A DNA stretch of 64,000 bases. It comes from a virus. The DNA lies in IMG/VR virus record IMGVR_UViG_3300009104_000008, positions 23,385 through 87,384 of that record. One strand, written 5' to 3'. Shown here piece by piece: positions 46,600 through 56,153 of the stretch. Both the position numbers and the translations under genes were made by a program. Within the stretch, counting starts at the first letter, position 1. The number at the start of each line of letters is the position of its first letter. Below the pieces are notes generated by a model. The model saw nothing but the letters and a program-made list of their open reading frames with translations. It did not search any database and had not been told where the DNA came from.

Positions 46600-47850
46600 A
46601 TGGAAAATGAAAATATAGAAAGACTGAATGAAGAAGTAGCCGCTTCTGCTGAAATGCTCGGATTGAGCATGGAGGAAGCAAAAGAGAAGATTGTTGAAAT
46701 ATGCAATCAAAATGGCTTAGATGTATCTAATAATGATGATGCATTGGTCATACTTAATTTGTGGAGACATTACTTCGCAAGCGTAAAAATGGCTCAGAAA
46801 AACACTGACCCAGAAACCCCACAACAAACAACAACTGCTTCATGGTATAAGAAGGCATTTGGAATGTTTATCTATCTTGAAGAATCAAGAGATATGATGG
46901 CTCTACAACGCGACAGACTAAAGAAAGAATTTATGATGGATGCAGAAACAACAGTTAAGTCTGGAAAGGCGGCATTAGCAACAATGAATGATGATGAAAC
47001 ATACACTATCGTTAGATATTTTAATTCAGAAAGGCAGGAAAGGGTTGTTGAAACACTACCAGAAAGCGCAATGGATTCTGAAAGAGAAGATAATCAATGG
47101 ATTATTCCTCTTGATTCAATGGCTAGTTATAGTAGTGGGCCTAATGCTAATTATGGTAAGCCGTTAGCGAAAGAAGAATATAGACGGGGCGGAGTGTTTA
47201 TTGGTGAAGTTGATGGAGTATTCGGAAGATACTTCTTTAATTACAAAGGAACTGCTAGTCAAACATTTGTTCCTAAGACTTTTGAATGGGTGCATTTTGT
47301 ATGTATCATTAATAGTGGAGATTCCTCCAAGATTCATGGTGTTAAAGAAACCACTCTTAATTCATTAGTGTATAATGATACTCTTACTGAAGAAGATGCA
47401 GAGTATAAGGATATGTCAGATGTAAATAAGAAGCAAATATTAATGAAGTATTGTGAAGACCACTATGCTCCTATTGTAGATTTAGAGCGAGTTCATGGTA
47501 TGAATGCATCTAAGCCCTATAACGAGAAGTTCGTATTTGTTGATGGTAATGTTGGTAATATGAATCTTAATGGAGAGCGCAAGAGGCTAAGTATTTCAGA
47601 TTTACACACTGATTTTGACCCAGATGCAAATGAATACTTTGGAACAACTTGTTGGATTCCTCCACATATTGATGTTGATTTTGGTATATCTTCTGATATT
47701 GTTGTAGTCGGCAGAACTTCTCAACAGACTATGGATGATGGAACATTAGGCTCATGTAGCATAAATGTGTTCGGTATCTATGTTGAAAAGAATCGAGGAA
47801 AGATAGTCGAACAGACTATTGAGATTGTTGAGTCAGAAGATTGGTGGTGA
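46600..47850 (+). CDS. Probable OB-fold ssDNA-binding protein (RPA-like)
   Basis: C-terminal OB-like strands (IVVVGRT...SINVFGIY), acidic aromatic tail; replisome context. Confidence 0.55.
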   Translation: MENENIERLNEEVAASAEMLGLSMEEAKEKIVEICNQNGLDVSNNDDALVILNLWRHYFASVKMAQKNTDPETPQQTTTASWYKKAFGMFIYLEESRDMMALQRDRLKKEFMMDAETTVKSGKAALATMNDDETYTIVRYFNSERQERVVETLPESAMDSEREDNQWIIPLDSMASYSSGPNANYGKPLAKEEYRRGGVFIGEVDGVFGRYFFNYKGTASQTFVPKTFEWVHFVCIINSGDSSKIHGVKETTLNSLVYNDTLTEEDAEYKDMSDVNKKQILMKYCEDHYAPIVDLERVHGMNASKPYNEKFVFVDGNVGNMNLNGERKRLSISDLHTDFDPDANEYFGTTCWIPPHIDVDFGISSDIVVVGRTSQQTMDDGTLGSCSINVFGIYVEKNRGKIVEQTIEIVESEDWW

Positions 47851-48127
47851 TTACATAACATTTAGCATTACTAATTCTGTAATTCACGGTAATAGTTTTG
47901 CGGTAGGTTTTGCGCAGGTGGAGTTCATTACATGGAGAATGAATGATGAAACCGGCCAATACTGGCTTAAATTACATACTGACTCTTCTAAAGAAATTAG
48001 AGTTAAAGTGACTTTAACTAAATTAAATACTATTCTATCGGAATGGTCAAAATATAAATTTGGAGCGATAACAGAAGATAATCCTCCGTATTACAATGGT
48101 GATAAAAATGTCTTGGAATACAAGTGA
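47819..48127 (+). CDS. Hypothetical protein
   Basis: In-operon ORF; start uncertain. Confidence 0.55.
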   Translation: MRLLSQKIGGDYITFSITNSVIHGNSFAVGFAQVEFITWRMNDETGQYWLKLHTDSSKEIRVKVTLTKLNTILSEWSKYKFGAITEDNPPYYNGDKNVLEYK

Positions 48128-48977
48128 AAATAAAGATGAAGAAATAACATTTGAACAAAGAAAGCAACTGATATTGAATCAGGTTCAGAAGAGAAATCAA
48201 AGGGATTCTCACTTCTTATGCTGTTCTATTACAGGTAATCCTAAAGTCGGTAAGACTGGATTAGCCTTAGATTGTAGGACAGAAGCAGAAATAGAAGAAG
48301 GCTATAAAATAGCAGTCTTAGATTTCGATAAGGGTGCTGAACCAACATGGAGTTCATGTTGGAATAAAGATGAGAATATAATTATATTTGAACCTGTTGA
48401 ACTTAATCGTGATGGTTCTACTAATTGGGAAGAATCAATGAATAATGCTTTAGCATTTCTAACTTTTGTTGAAGAAATGATTGAATCCGGTGAAAAGGTA
48501 AAGGCCTTTATTCTTGATGGAGTAGATAAATTATATGAGGGTGCAGGTGATTTATTGAGAAGTCATCTAGCAAAATCAAATAAGAGAACAGGACAGATTA
48601 TTCTTGAAACTGATTCTATTAAAGTTAACCCGTTAGATTGGAAAATTAGAAATAGGATTAATGATAGAATTTTAGATATGGCTTGTAATTTAGAAACTAA
48701 TAGATTCTTTATTACGCACATGAAGCCTATTTATGGTGATATCTATAATCCCGTTCCGGTGGGGGAAGTTCCAGATTGGCATAAAAGCACACCCGCAAGA
48801 TTTAATCAAATGTTACATATTGTTAAAATAAAAGATAAAGGTGTAACAACATATAGTGCTACATTAGAAGCAAGCAAAACTAACTCTAAATTAGTTGGAA
48901 CTACTTGGCCTATATTCTCTACTAATGGAGATAATCAATGGTCTGGTATTCCCGAATTACGGGAAGGTAAAATATGA
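48096..48977 (+). CDS. RecA/AAA_24 (Sak4-like) P-loop ATPase
   Basis: GNPKVGKT, VLDFDKG, FILDG, FITH. Confidence 0.8.
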   Translation: MVIKMSWNTSENKDEEITFEQRKQLILNQVQKRNQRDSHFLCCSITGNPKVGKTGLALDCRTEAEIEEGYKIAVLDFDKGAEPTWSSCWNKDENIIIFEPVELNRDGSTNWEESMNNALAFLTFVEEMIESGEKVKAFILDGVDKLYEGAGDLLRSHLAKSNKRTGQIILETDSIKVNPLDWKIRNRINDRILDMACNLETNRFFITHMKPIYGDIYNPVPVGEVPDWHKSTPARFNQMLHIVKIKDKGVTTYSATLEASKTNSKLVGTTWPIFSTNGDNQWSGIPELREGKI

Positions 48978-49738
48978 AAATATCAATAAATAATAAAACA
49001 TTATTAGACGGATTAACTGCAGTATTATTAAAAGGTAAATATCCTAGCGGCATTTCAACTAAAAACAAAAGCATATCAGATTATGCTTTATTAGAAGTAT
49101 TAGATAATAGAATTGAAATATATAACGCAGACGCTACAACTGGCTGTTGTTATTCTATACCTACTAATAATGATGTTGTGTCAATAGACATGGGGCATTG
49201 TATTCTTGATATCCCTAAAACAGTTAAATATTTAAAAGCATTTAAGGGAAATGTTACAATAGAAGTAGATGATGTGGTAAGGTTTAATTGTAGTGGCAAA
49301 AACGCTACAATACCCCTCACATTACTACACCCCCATCTTGACATGATAAACATGGTTAGGGAAATAAAATTGCCTACTGATGATACTATGCCTACATTTG
49401 GTAAAAAACAAACACCATTTGAATGTAAAGTATTAGTGCAATCTGCTTTATTAGTTGATGCAACTAATACCTGTGATGTAACTAATACAGGATTATATAA
49501 CTTAGATGTTTCTGATGATGGTCTATGTATTACTAGCCCATCAGATAATAATGAATCAGTAACAGTTACTATTGATACTATTCAAGTGGAAGGAGATGAA
49601 GCAGGTGTTTCTATTGCAGGGCCGTTTGCTAACTTTTTGAATTCAATTGTAATTATTTATATGAAAGATGATTTCCCAATACTAATGGTAAGCCCAAATA
49701 GATTATTATTAAAAGCCCCAAGATTTAGCCCAAGATAG
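48974..49738 (+). CDS. pcn: DNA sliding clamp (PCNA-like)
   Basis: 254 aa two-domain pattern, C-terminal DFPILM....LLLKAPR; between RFC and PolB. Confidence 0.75.
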   Translation: MKISINNKTLLDGLTAVLLKGKYPSGISTKNKSISDYALLEVLDNRIEIYNADATTGCCYSIPTNNDVVSIDMGHCILDIPKTVKYLKAFKGNVTIEVDDVVRFNCSGKNATIPLTLLHPHLDMINMVREIKLPTDDTMPTFGKKQTPFECKVLVQSALLVDATNTCDVTNTGLYNLDVSDDGLCITSPSDNNESVTVTIDTIQVEGDEAGVSIAGPFANFLNSIVIIYMKDDFPILMVSPNRLLLKAPRFSPR

Positions 49739-49745
49739 TGATTAT

Positions 49746-51440
49746 ATGATAATATCAAATACAAATAAAGGTATATATTTTGCATGGCGAGATGAAAATA
49801 AAGAAAGGAAATCTGAGATAATACCATTCTTAGATAACCCACCTTATTTTTACATCAAAGAGTCTGCATTTAAACCAGACCAAATATTTAAAAATGATAA
49901 ATGGAAAAATAGTAAAGTATATTCTATGCGATATGAAGAAGGCGATTGGTATAACTTAGAAGGTGAAAAACTAACAAAGGTAATTTGTAATCATCCATCT
50001 GAAATAAAAGTTGTTTCTAAAGAAATGTCTGAAAATTATGATACTCAAACATATGAAGCAGATATTCAATATCACTATAGAGCATCAATTGATAAATTCA
50101 AAGATGGTGTTCCTTATCATGAATATGATATGCGTAAGTGGTATTGGGATATGGAATGGCAACAGGGTGGAGAACATGATGGTAAAATTACCTGTATTGT
50201 TTGTTATGATACCCATGATGATGAATACATAATCTATTGTTGGTTTCCATCTGATGACTTGTATGAGAGAGATACCCCAATAATTGATACTGATTCTCAA
50301 ATAACAATGATTACTTCTGCAAATGAAGAAGACTTATTAAGAACATTCATAAATTATTGTGCCGCAAAAGACCCAGATATGTTAATTGCATGGTTTGGTA
50401 ATAGATTCGATTTACCTAAATTATTAGAAAGGTGTGCAATTTACAATATTGATGCGAGAATATTATCTCCTGTATTAGAAGTTTCTAATTATGTATATAA
50501 TGCTAAAGATAGTAAATTCAAAAGAGATTTCTTTGGCCCTAAAGAACAACCAATTAAAGGTAGGATTGTTGTTAGTTTAGATTTAGCATTTGAGCGACAA
50601 TGGATTGATTCTCAAAGAGGAACACTACCAACCTTATCACTTGATTATGTTTCAGAAACAATATTAGGCAATAAGAAACTTGTTAGTGAAAAGTTCCCAG
50701 AGAAAAATGAGTTCTTTAGGAGAGCATGGTTAGAAGATACAGATAACTATTTAGAATATGCTTTGATAGATGTTGATTTAATTAGAAAGATAGATGAAAC
50801 TAATAACTTAACAGAAGCAATGATTTCTTTACAAAGAATATTGAAAGCACCATTTGAAGCGTGTTTTCATGCAACGCACATGGCTAATATTTATTTTACT
50901 CGTAATGCTTCTTGGAAAGTGTTAACAGGGGGAAATAAATATGAAAAAGATTATGAAGGGGCATTAATTTATGACCCAACATCTGAAGGAACAAATGGAT
51001 TACATCTTAATGTGGCGGCATTTGATTTTGCAGGTCTATACCCATCAATGATGATTGCCCGTAATATTTCATGGGAAACTAAATCTATTGAACCTACTGA
51101 ATTTGCTGTGAATATAGCAACACCAAGAGATTTTTCTCCTGTTGAAAAACATGAGATGTTATATTACAAAACAGATAAGTTAGGATTACTTCCTCGTTCT
51201 GTTATGGAATTGAAAACATTAAGGAATCAGTATAAAACTAACATGAAAAATTCTTCCACTAAAGAAGATTACAATAAGTGGAATAATAACCAAATGGCAG
51301 TTAAAAGATTAATGGCCTCTTTCTACGGTATTGTTGGTAATAAAGGGTTTGGTTGGTGTGATATTGATTTAGCCGCTAGTATTACTGCTAGTTCAAGAGA
51401 AGCGATTAGAGAAGCGGCATTCAAGGTGAGAGAATTATGA
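49746..51440 (+). CDS. polB: Family B DNA polymerase, N-terminal subunit (exonuclease, motifs A and B)
   Basis: WDME, AWFGNRFDLP, YALID, FDFAGLYPS, QMAVKRLMASFYG. Confidence 0.93.
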   Translation: MIISNTNKGIYFAWRDENKERKSEIIPFLDNPPYFYIKESAFKPDQIFKNDKWKNSKVYSMRYEEGDWYNLEGEKLTKVICNHPSEIKVVSKEMSENYDTQTYEADIQYHYRASIDKFKDGVPYHEYDMRKWYWDMEWQQGGEHDGKITCIVCYDTHDDEYIIYCWFPSDDLYERDTPIIDTDSQITMITSANEEDLLRTFINYCAAKDPDMLIAWFGNRFDLPKLLERCAIYNIDARILSPVLEVSNYVYNAKDSKFKRDFFGPKEQPIKGRIVVSLDLAFERQWIDSQRGTLPTLSLDYVSETILGNKKLVSEKFPEKNEFFRRAWLEDTDNYLEYALIDVDLIRKIDETNNLTEAMISLQRILKAPFEACFHATHMANIYFTRNASWKVLTGGNKYEKDYEGALIYDPTSEGTNGLHLNVAAFDFAGLYPSMMIARNISWETKSIEPTEFAVNIATPRDFSPVEKHEMLYYKTDKLGLLPRSVMELKTLRNQYKTNMKNSSTKEDYNKWNNNQMAVKRLMASFYGIVGNKGFGWCDIDLAASITASSREAIREAAFKVREL

Positions 51441-51535
51441 GTAAAAAAATAGTAGCGACAAGTTTCCCATATAATCCTATACTCAAATGTATGCAAACAG
51501 GAATGTATATTGCTTATGGAGATGAAGAAGAATGA
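51437..51535 (+). CDS. Tiny ORF (32 aa, ends YGDEEE) inside the polB split
   Basis: ATGA overlaps at both ends. Confidence 0.5.
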   Translation: MSKKIVATSFPYNPILKCMQTGMYIAYGDEEE

Positions 51536-51897
51536 CGGAATTAATCAATTTAACAAATCATGATATTACATTAGTAAGAACGGTTAAAGGTGAACAAAAA
51601 AAGACTACAATAAAACCCAGTAAAATGTGGGCTAGAATGAATCCACAATCTAGCGTTAAGGTGGATTCTTTAGTTGTAGATGGATTTGAAATAGATATAT
51701 TTGAGCAAAGTGATTATTATACCAATGTTAACTGGCGTTCACGAAAGTTTGGTTTACCTTCTCCCCAGAAAAATACATACTATATTGTTAGTAGGATTGT
51801 TGCTCTTCATAACTTAGAAAGAAGAGATTTACTAATACCGGAAACTAATTCTAATAAAAATATGAAGTATCTTTTTAGGATAGGGAAAGAATTATGA
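51532..51897 (+). CDS. Hypothetical viral protein (NLTxH...GLP...YIVS type)
   Basis: LINLTNHDI, GLPSPQKNTYYIVS, RRDLLIP. Confidence 0.7.
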   Translation: MTELINLTNHDITLVRTVKGEQKKTTIKPSKMWARMNPQSSVKVDSLVVDGFEIDIFEQSDYYTNVNWRSRKFGLPSPQKNTYYIVSRIVALHNLERRDLLIPETNSNKNMKYLFRIGKEL

Positions 51898-52235
51898 GTG
51901 ACTTAGATATAGAAACTAAACTTTTTGTTCAAAAAATATTAGAAGGTCATATAGAAAACAAAGAAATAACTGAATGTGAAACTTGTGATGAATATTTTGA
52001 ATATATACCTCGAAAAAGATATTGTGATAATTGTGCTGAGGAAAGAAAAAAGTCTTATTGGAAAAAATATCACCAAAAACATCAAAATAAAATACTGATG
52101 AATAAGAAAAAACACTACTATGAAAATCAAGAAGCGCAAATAGAACGCAAGCGTAAATACCGTGAAGAGAATAGAGATAAAATTAAAGAAAGTAATCGTA
52201 AACATTACTTAAAAAGAAGGGGTAAAAAAGAATGA
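51894..52235 (+). CDS. Zinc-finger plus basic helix protein, paralogue of 29048-29293
   Basis: CETC...YCDNC plus K/R/Y-rich repeats. Confidence 0.7.
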   Translation: MSDLDIETKLFVQKILEGHIENKEITECETCDEYFEYIPRKRYCDNCAEERKKSYWKKYHQKHQNKILMNKKKHYYENQEAQIERKRKYREENRDKIKESNRKHYLKRRGKKE

Positions 52236-52363
52236 ATGGTGAAGATATAGATAAATGGTCAGAAAAACATGTAGGCAGTTTAGCCTTAACAAGAACTATT
52301 GTTGGTTTTGTTAATGTATTATTAAGCATCATAGTAGTGGCAAAATTATTTGGGTGGATTTAG
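52232..52363 (+). CDS. Small membrane peptide (43 aa)
   Basis: ATGA-coupled; hydrophobic C-terminal helix. Confidence 0.55.
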   Translation: MNGEDIDKWSEKHVGSLALTRTIVGFVNVLLSIIVVAKLFGWI

Positions 52364-52364
52364 A

Positions 52365-53270
52365 ATGGAAGTAGTTTATGGACATACTGATTCAATTTAC
52401 TGTAAAGTAGATTCTGTTGAACAAGCAGAAGAAATAGTAGTTAAATTAAATGAAGAAGTTAGAAAAATATTCCCTAATGTGTTAGGATTAAAAGAACACC
52501 CTGTAGTGCTTGAATTTGAAAAGTATTTCAGTAGTCTGGGAGTAGGCGCAACTAAAAATAGAAATGCCGGTTTAATTTCTTGGAAAGATGGAAACTATTT
52601 AAAAGAAGAAGAATTCTTTATGACTGGCTTTACTGCAAAAAGAATATCAGAAACTAAATTAGCAAAAGAAATTCAAATAACTACATTAAAGATGTGGGTT
52701 AATGGGTGCACTAAAATAGAAATTCTAGATTATCTTCGTGAAAGATACAATGGTGTATTGAATGGTGATATTGAATTAAATCAAATCATCAAGCGAAGTA
52801 GTTATAAGGAAGAACGCTTCCATGTGTATTGTGAAAATTGTAAGAGGGCATTTCATATATTTGAAGATAAACCTTTATCTGTTGGAGAATTAAAACATGA
52901 ATATACAGGCGCAATGAAGACAGGTAAATATTGGAAATCAAATGGTAAAAGGGTTTCTTTTGGGGCAGGTTTAATGGGGGCTTATTTTTATAACCATGTT
53001 ACAGGGAATGAAATTAAAGATTCTTTCTTGTTTATGAAAATTAACCAAAAGCACAATAAACTATTAGAACATCCATTAACAGGTAATTATATTAAGCCTG
53101 ATTATATATCGGGTATCTTGGAAGAAGATTTTGAAGGTTATACTCCTAATTGGGAACACTATTCAGAAGTAGTAGTAAGAAAGGCCGCACCTATATTTGA
53201 GGCAATGAATTGGGATATTAACGATATTAAGAAAGACTTGAAACAAAGGTCATTAGATGAGTGGTGGTAA
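52365..53270 (+). CDS. polB: Family B DNA polymerase, C-terminal subunit (motif C, thumb, PIP box)
   Basis: VVYGHTDS, LEFEK, KNRNAG, C-terminal QRSLDEWW. Confidence 0.9.
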   Translation: MEVVYGHTDSIYCKVDSVEQAEEIVVKLNEEVRKIFPNVLGLKEHPVVLEFEKYFSSLGVGATKNRNAGLISWKDGNYLKEEEFFMTGFTAKRISETKLAKEIQITTLKMWVNGCTKIEILDYLRERYNGVLNGDIELNQIIKRSSYKEERFHVYCENCKRAFHIFEDKPLSVGELKHEYTGAMKTGKYWKSNGKRVSFGAGLMGAYFYNHVTGNEIKDSFLFMKINQKHNKLLEHPLTGNYIKPDYISGILEEDFEGYTPNWEHYSEVVVRKAAPIFEAMNWDINDIKKDLKQRSLDEWW

Positions 53271-53271
53271 A

Positions 53272-54144
53272 ATGAAAGAATTTACATACGATTGGGATTA
53301 TACAAAAGACGAACCGATATTAAAAATAAGCAAATCCTCTATGGGGTCATTTAATTGGTGTCCTATGAAATATCAATTCTCATATATTGAAGGAAGGAAA
53401 ACAGACCAAACCGAAGCCATGTTAAAAGGTAGCATTGTTCACAATAGTAGAGAAGATTGGTTTAATCAAGTTGACATTGCTAAGGCAGAAAATATGTCTG
53501 AACAAGAGTTAAAGGTATATTTTATGAGTTTATATCCTATTGATGGATATTCAGATATTTATTCTGTAATGGCTTCTAACTCTGCATCACTATTTTTAAA
53601 TGCAAAATTAGAAGATAAAGTGGATAACTTTTTACCAGTAGTTAATGAAGTTATGTTAGATGCTGAAATACTTATCCCAAAAGACATAAATCCAAAAATT
53701 CCACTACATCAAGATTATACAGTTCATCTTCAAGGTATTATTGATAGAATGTATATTGAAAATAATCAATACATACCAATGGAGTTAAAAACAGGAGCAT
53801 GGAAAGATTATAAGACAACCAATATGAGAAAGGAAATGGCTTTCTATAAATTACTATTTGATAATTGCCCAAATGAATCTTTAGTTGAAAATGGTTTAGA
53901 CCCTAATATAGATATAACACATTGGGGTTGGTATTATCCAGAGTCAAACTATACATATGTTGAACCAATTAAAAAGAGTAGCACAAATGCTGTATTAAGA
54001 GCAATAACTAAATTAATTAAAGCATATGAAGATAAAATTGATGGTGATGCAGATTTCCCTCCTAAGTTTTATGCAAAGACTTGTGTTCAATATTGTGATT
54101 TCTATAGCATATGCCCTGCGGCATTAGATGATGGGTGGACTTAA
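53272..54144 (+). CDS. Cas4/AddB-like PD-(D/E)xK exonuclease with Fe-S cysteines
   Basis: SKSS..FNWCP, GIIDR, ELKTG, C-x3-C-x5-C. Confidence 0.85.
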   Translation: MKEFTYDWDYTKDEPILKISKSSMGSFNWCPMKYQFSYIEGRKTDQTEAMLKGSIVHNSREDWFNQVDIAKAENMSEQELKVYFMSLYPIDGYSDIYSVMASNSASLFLNAKLEDKVDNFLPVVNEVMLDAEILIPKDINPKIPLHQDYTVHLQGIIDRMYIENNQYIPMELKTGAWKDYKTTNMRKEMAFYKLLFDNCPNESLVENGLDPNIDITHWGWYYPESNYTYVEPIKKSSTNAVLRAITKLIKAYEDKIDGDADFPPKFYAKTCVQYCDFYSICPAALDDGWT

Positions 54145-54162
54145 AAGTAAAGGTGAAAAATA

Positions 54163-54546
54163 ATGAATGATAAAATTAAAGAATTAGTAAAACAAGAATT
54201 AAATAAAAAAGTATGGTCTTTTACGGAAATAGCAAATGTATCATCTACGATAGATAATATATCTGAATCAATTTATGAAGATATACCTACAAAAGATAAA
54301 TTAAAAATGGTGTGGAATGTTGATGTTTTTGCAGAAGAATTAACACCATTTGGACAAATATATAGTAATGTAATAAGAAAGACTTTGAAAGAAACAGTTG
54401 CAGAAATTGTGAAGAATGAATTACAAGAAGCAAAGGTATCGTTTAAGGAGGATAATAAAAATGAAGTTTCCGAAGGAAGTTTGGGCAGGAAGTCATCTAA
54501 AACACGCACCCCAAATGAAAAGAGAACTGATGATGAACAAGAATGA
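54163..54546 (+). CDS. Hypothetical protein
   Basis: GGTGA RBS. Confidence 0.65.
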   Translation: MNDKIKELVKQELNKKVWSFTEIANVSSTIDNISESIYEDIPTKDKLKMVWNVDVFAEELTPFGQIYSNVIRKTLKETVAEIVKNELQEAKVSFKEDNKNEVSEGSLGRKSSKTRTPNEKRTDDEQE

Positions 54547-55483
54547 TTTACAGAATTTTGTTAATTTGTATAATGGTAAAATGAATGTTTATTATACGAT
54601 TTATGATTTTGAGGCATTCACTGATAAATTAAAAATAGATTCTTCAGTTATATTAGATAGAGCCTTTTTAGATTTTGATGCACATAATACAATTACAATA
54701 GAAGAAGCCTATGAAGATTTTAAATTAGTTGTGTTAGATTTCTTAGATAAAGATATTAAGTTTGATATGTTTTTTAGCGGTAAAGGTTTTCATGTGATTG
54801 TTTATGGAAAGAAAGCAGATGAAATCCGTGAGATACAATCATGGTTTAGAGGATTAAAAAATACAGGGCTTTCTACATTAGATGATAGCGGCATTCAAAT
54901 TAATAGACTAAGAAGAGTTCCAAATACTGTTAATCTAAGTAGTGAAGATGAAACTGGAGAGCCTTATTTTTGTATTCCTATATTGAAAGAAGATTTATCT
55001 GAATCTATAGATTATATATTAGAATTAGCAAAAGCACCAAGAATGGTATTAAGTAGATACGGTAATAAATTAGTGGAATGGCCTACTGTTAAGCCTATAG
55101 AAATGTCTGATATTGAAGTGGATATTGTTAGGCCTGTTAAATCATTGCCTATATTACCCTGTTTAAATAATTCTATTATGGTTCAAAATCCCGGCCATTA
55201 TGCTAGAGTTTATTTAGTTCATTGGTATAGAGATTTATTGGCTATGGGTCAAAGAAATTTAAACCAAGAGAAAGAAAAGGAAGTAATAGAAATTATTATG
55301 GCCGAATTAAAAGAAATTGCATCAAAACCAGATGTTTGGTTAGATTGGGATGAAAATAAAACAAGACATCATGTTAGTTTTATTGTAAGGGGAGGTTATT
55401 CAGCACCGAGTTGTTATAAGGTATTAATTCCACAGGGATATTGTATTGGTAAGTGTTGGAGGTATCACGATGTTAGTAATTGA
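54461..55483 (+). CDS. Archaeo-eukaryotic primase, PriS catalytic domain fused to PriL-like Fe-S domain
   Basis: FLDFD, FSGKGFH, RLRRVPNT; LPC...H..R...PSC...GYCIGKC. Confidence 0.88.
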   Translation: MKFPKEVWAGSHLKHAPQMKRELMMNKNDLQNFVNLYNGKMNVYYTIYDFEAFTDKLKIDSSVILDRAFLDFDAHNTITIEEAYEDFKLVVLDFLDKDIKFDMFFSGKGFHVIVYGKKADEIREIQSWFRGLKNTGLSTLDDSGIQINRLRRVPNTVNLSSEDETGEPYFCIPILKEDLSESIDYILELAKAPRMVLSRYGNKLVEWPTVKPIEMSDIEVDIVRPVKSLPILPCLNNSIMVQNPGHYARVYLVHWYRDLLAMGQRNLNQEKEKEVIEIIMAELKEIASKPDVWLDWDENKTRHHVSFIVRGGYSAPSCYKVLIPQGYCIGKCWRYHDVSN

Positions 55484-56153
55484 TAGTAGAGAGAATTCAG
55501 AATTAGCAAATAGAATCATACATGAGTGTGATAGAATAGGCGTTCCAACAACAAAAGAATGGTTAAATGTTGGCGACTACATTATTGATGATGTTTGTTT
55601 TGAAGCAAAGTCTAGTTTTGATTTCTTACAATCAGTAATGAATAAGAGAATTTGGCAACAAATAGATAATATGGATAGAAACTTCGATAACCATAGTGTA
55701 ATTTTGTATGGGTCAATGGAAGATGCTATTGCAGAATTTAGAAGCAGAGTAAACCCATCATGGGGATATGCTCATTTACATAATCGGTATTTATCTGCAA
55801 TCGGAAAAATTATATTAGATACTGATTGTAAAGTAATACTAACAGATGACGCAAAAAGGGCGGCAAAGGTAGTCAGTGCCGTAGCAAAAATGAAGCCTAT
55901 GGATAGAGCAGTTTATAATCCTAGGCTAATAAAACAAAAGAAAATAAGCACAACTGATTTAAGGGTAGATGTGTTAATGACTATAAAAGGAATAAGTGAG
56001 AAAAAAGCAAAGTCCTTAATTAAGGAGTTTGGTTCTATTATGGAAATTGGGGAGGCAACTTCAACTGAACTGTCTAAGTTAGATGGAATTGGAGCAACTC
56101 TAGCAAAAAGAATAATAGATGTATTAAATTCAGAATCAAAACAGGTGATATAA
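55470..56153 (+). CDS. ERCC4/XPF nuclease with HhH2 domain
   Basis: IDSRE, VGDY, FEAKS..DF..S; IKGIS and LDGIG HhH. Confidence 0.88.
   Translation: MLVIDSRENSELANRIIHECDRIGVPTTKEWLNVGDYIIDDVCFEAKSSFDFLQSVMNKRIWQQIDNMDRNFDNHSVILYGSMEDAIAEFRSRVNPSWGYAHLHNRYLSAIGKIILDTDCKVILTDDAKRAAKVVSAVAKMKPMDRAVYNPRLIKQKKISTTDLRVDVLMTIKGISEKKAKSLIKEFGSIMEIGEATSTELSKLDGIGATLAKRIIDVLNSESKQVI

Noticed and set aside
51400-52400. Split intein or self-splicing intron in polB
   Set aside because: No Cys/Ser-start or His-Asn-end intein blocks, no recognisable group I/II core; the gap is filled by coupled ORFs
53272-54144. CRISPR-Cas system suggested by Cas4-like gene
   Set aside because: No repeat-spacer array or other cas genes seen; solo Cas4-like nucleases are common in archaeal virus replication modules
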